From Mobula hypostoma (Eukaryota), in the NCBI RefSeq assembly GCF_963921235.1, contig NC_086108.1, positions 51,648,001-51,712,000 on the forward strand: a stretch of DNA of 64,000 nt, read 5' to 3'. Under the pieces are notes generated by a model. The model did no database searches. It was not told the origin of the DNA and was given only the letters and a program-made list of their open reading frames with translations. Of the stretch, positions 62,972-64,000 are shown piece after piece; the stretch's first letter is position 1, and each line of letters opens with the position of its first letter. The position numbers were made by a program, and so were the translations under genes.

Positions 62972-63342
62972 ATCCTTTGATTGTTGAAAAGCCAGAAAAA
63001 TTTGGAGGAGCACCATCAAAAAACAAAAGTCGTCAGCAACTCCAGAGGGAAAGAGCATTGAACCAGCATTGTCGCAAAGCAAATGGGCACAAGGAAGTTT
63101 CTCTTATCCTTCCAGAACAACAACTGGCCAAAGCAAAGATGAACCCTCCACAAGCCATGGAGTCCCCTGCACCTGAGCTGGGACCGAAGCCAATTGTAAA
63201 AGCAGCTGATAGACAATTGACTGCACCTGAAGAAAGCTGTCAAAAAGAAATGAAAGAATCTAGTGCCAAAGCATCATGTACATTGCAGGAACCCTCTGTT
63301 AAAGAGCTATCAGCAGAACAGATCAAAGGGGTGGAATTGTTA
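62972..63342 (+). CDS. GORAB: GORAB coding exon 2
   Basis: Acceptor tttttcag|AT completes the GAT codon in phase with exon 1. Translation DPLIVEK...KSRQQLQRERAL...GVEL matches GORAB KSRQQLQREKAL. The donor is either gtaagt at 63343 or gttagt at 63339, so the exon end is ambiguous by 4 nt. Later exons lie outside the window. Confidence 0.9.
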
Positions 63343-64000
63343 GTAAGTCTAGAAATAATTATTAGAAATGGTGCTTAAATACTCTTGTTGTATCTTGGTA
63401 ATGTCAAGGTTCAATCCAGCTCTCCACCACCCGCCCCCCCCACCTCAGAAAAGTCAGAAGAAACATTCGACAATGAGGTTTATATTATGTCTCATTCTAA
63501 TGTAGATACAGGAGAAAACATTCCATGCCTTTGTTACTGTCCACTTGGATCATAGCTGATCACTGTCTTGGTTTTGTTTAAAATGCCTTTGTTTCATAAA
63601 CCTTGCACAAATCCGTACAATCTCAGTTTTGGAATTGTGAATTAATCTAGCCTGAAATAAGCCCATTCTACGCCTCTTGCTGTAAAGAACAGTTTCTCAT
63701 TTTGTCTTCAGCAACCTACATCTAAAATGAAGGTTATCCCTCTTGTTCTGGGCTTCCAGCAGAGGATCTGTCTGGCCAAACATGTATTTACTCATAGCTG
63801 CCTCATTTGGATTGCCCATAAGCTGTAGTTTGCTGGCAAATGCATAGCAGATGTATCTATACTTGATGTATGCAATCTGTTTGATTCTCATTTTAATATT
63901 TTTACTGGATAGTGGTGTAATCTGCTAAAGCAGTGGTTAACCAGTTTTCAGTGAAATTAAAAGTGTTCCTAATTATAGATAACATCTGTGAAGGAAAAAG

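Overview
This is eukaryotic vertebrate genomic DNA, most likely a cartilaginous fish (shark or ray), inferred from the repeat content (CR1, Rex1/Babar, Penelope/Poseidon, HE1-like and tRNA-derived SINEs). Most of the window is decayed transposon sequence. The one confidently identified host gene is GORAB (+ strand): exon 1 CDS at 39157-39214, a ~23.8 kb intron, then exon 2 from 62972. Main structures: (1) a ~5.65 kb Nimb/I-group LINE with a 12-bp TSD inserted in the GORAB proximal promoter; (2) nested in that LINE, a Gypsy LTR remnant whose interior is replaced by an intronless RBM25 mRNA fragment; (3) a near-complete HERO-like RLE retrotransposon with 73-bp terminal direct repeats, no TSD and a highly structured 3' UTR; (4) ~215-bp foldback Penelope-derived elements with minimal hammerhead ribozymes and 14-15 bp TSDs; (5) a candidate orphan terminal exon on the minus strand at 19721-19905. 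All family names come from recognising motifs by eye, with no database searches, and boundaries of old repeats are approximate.
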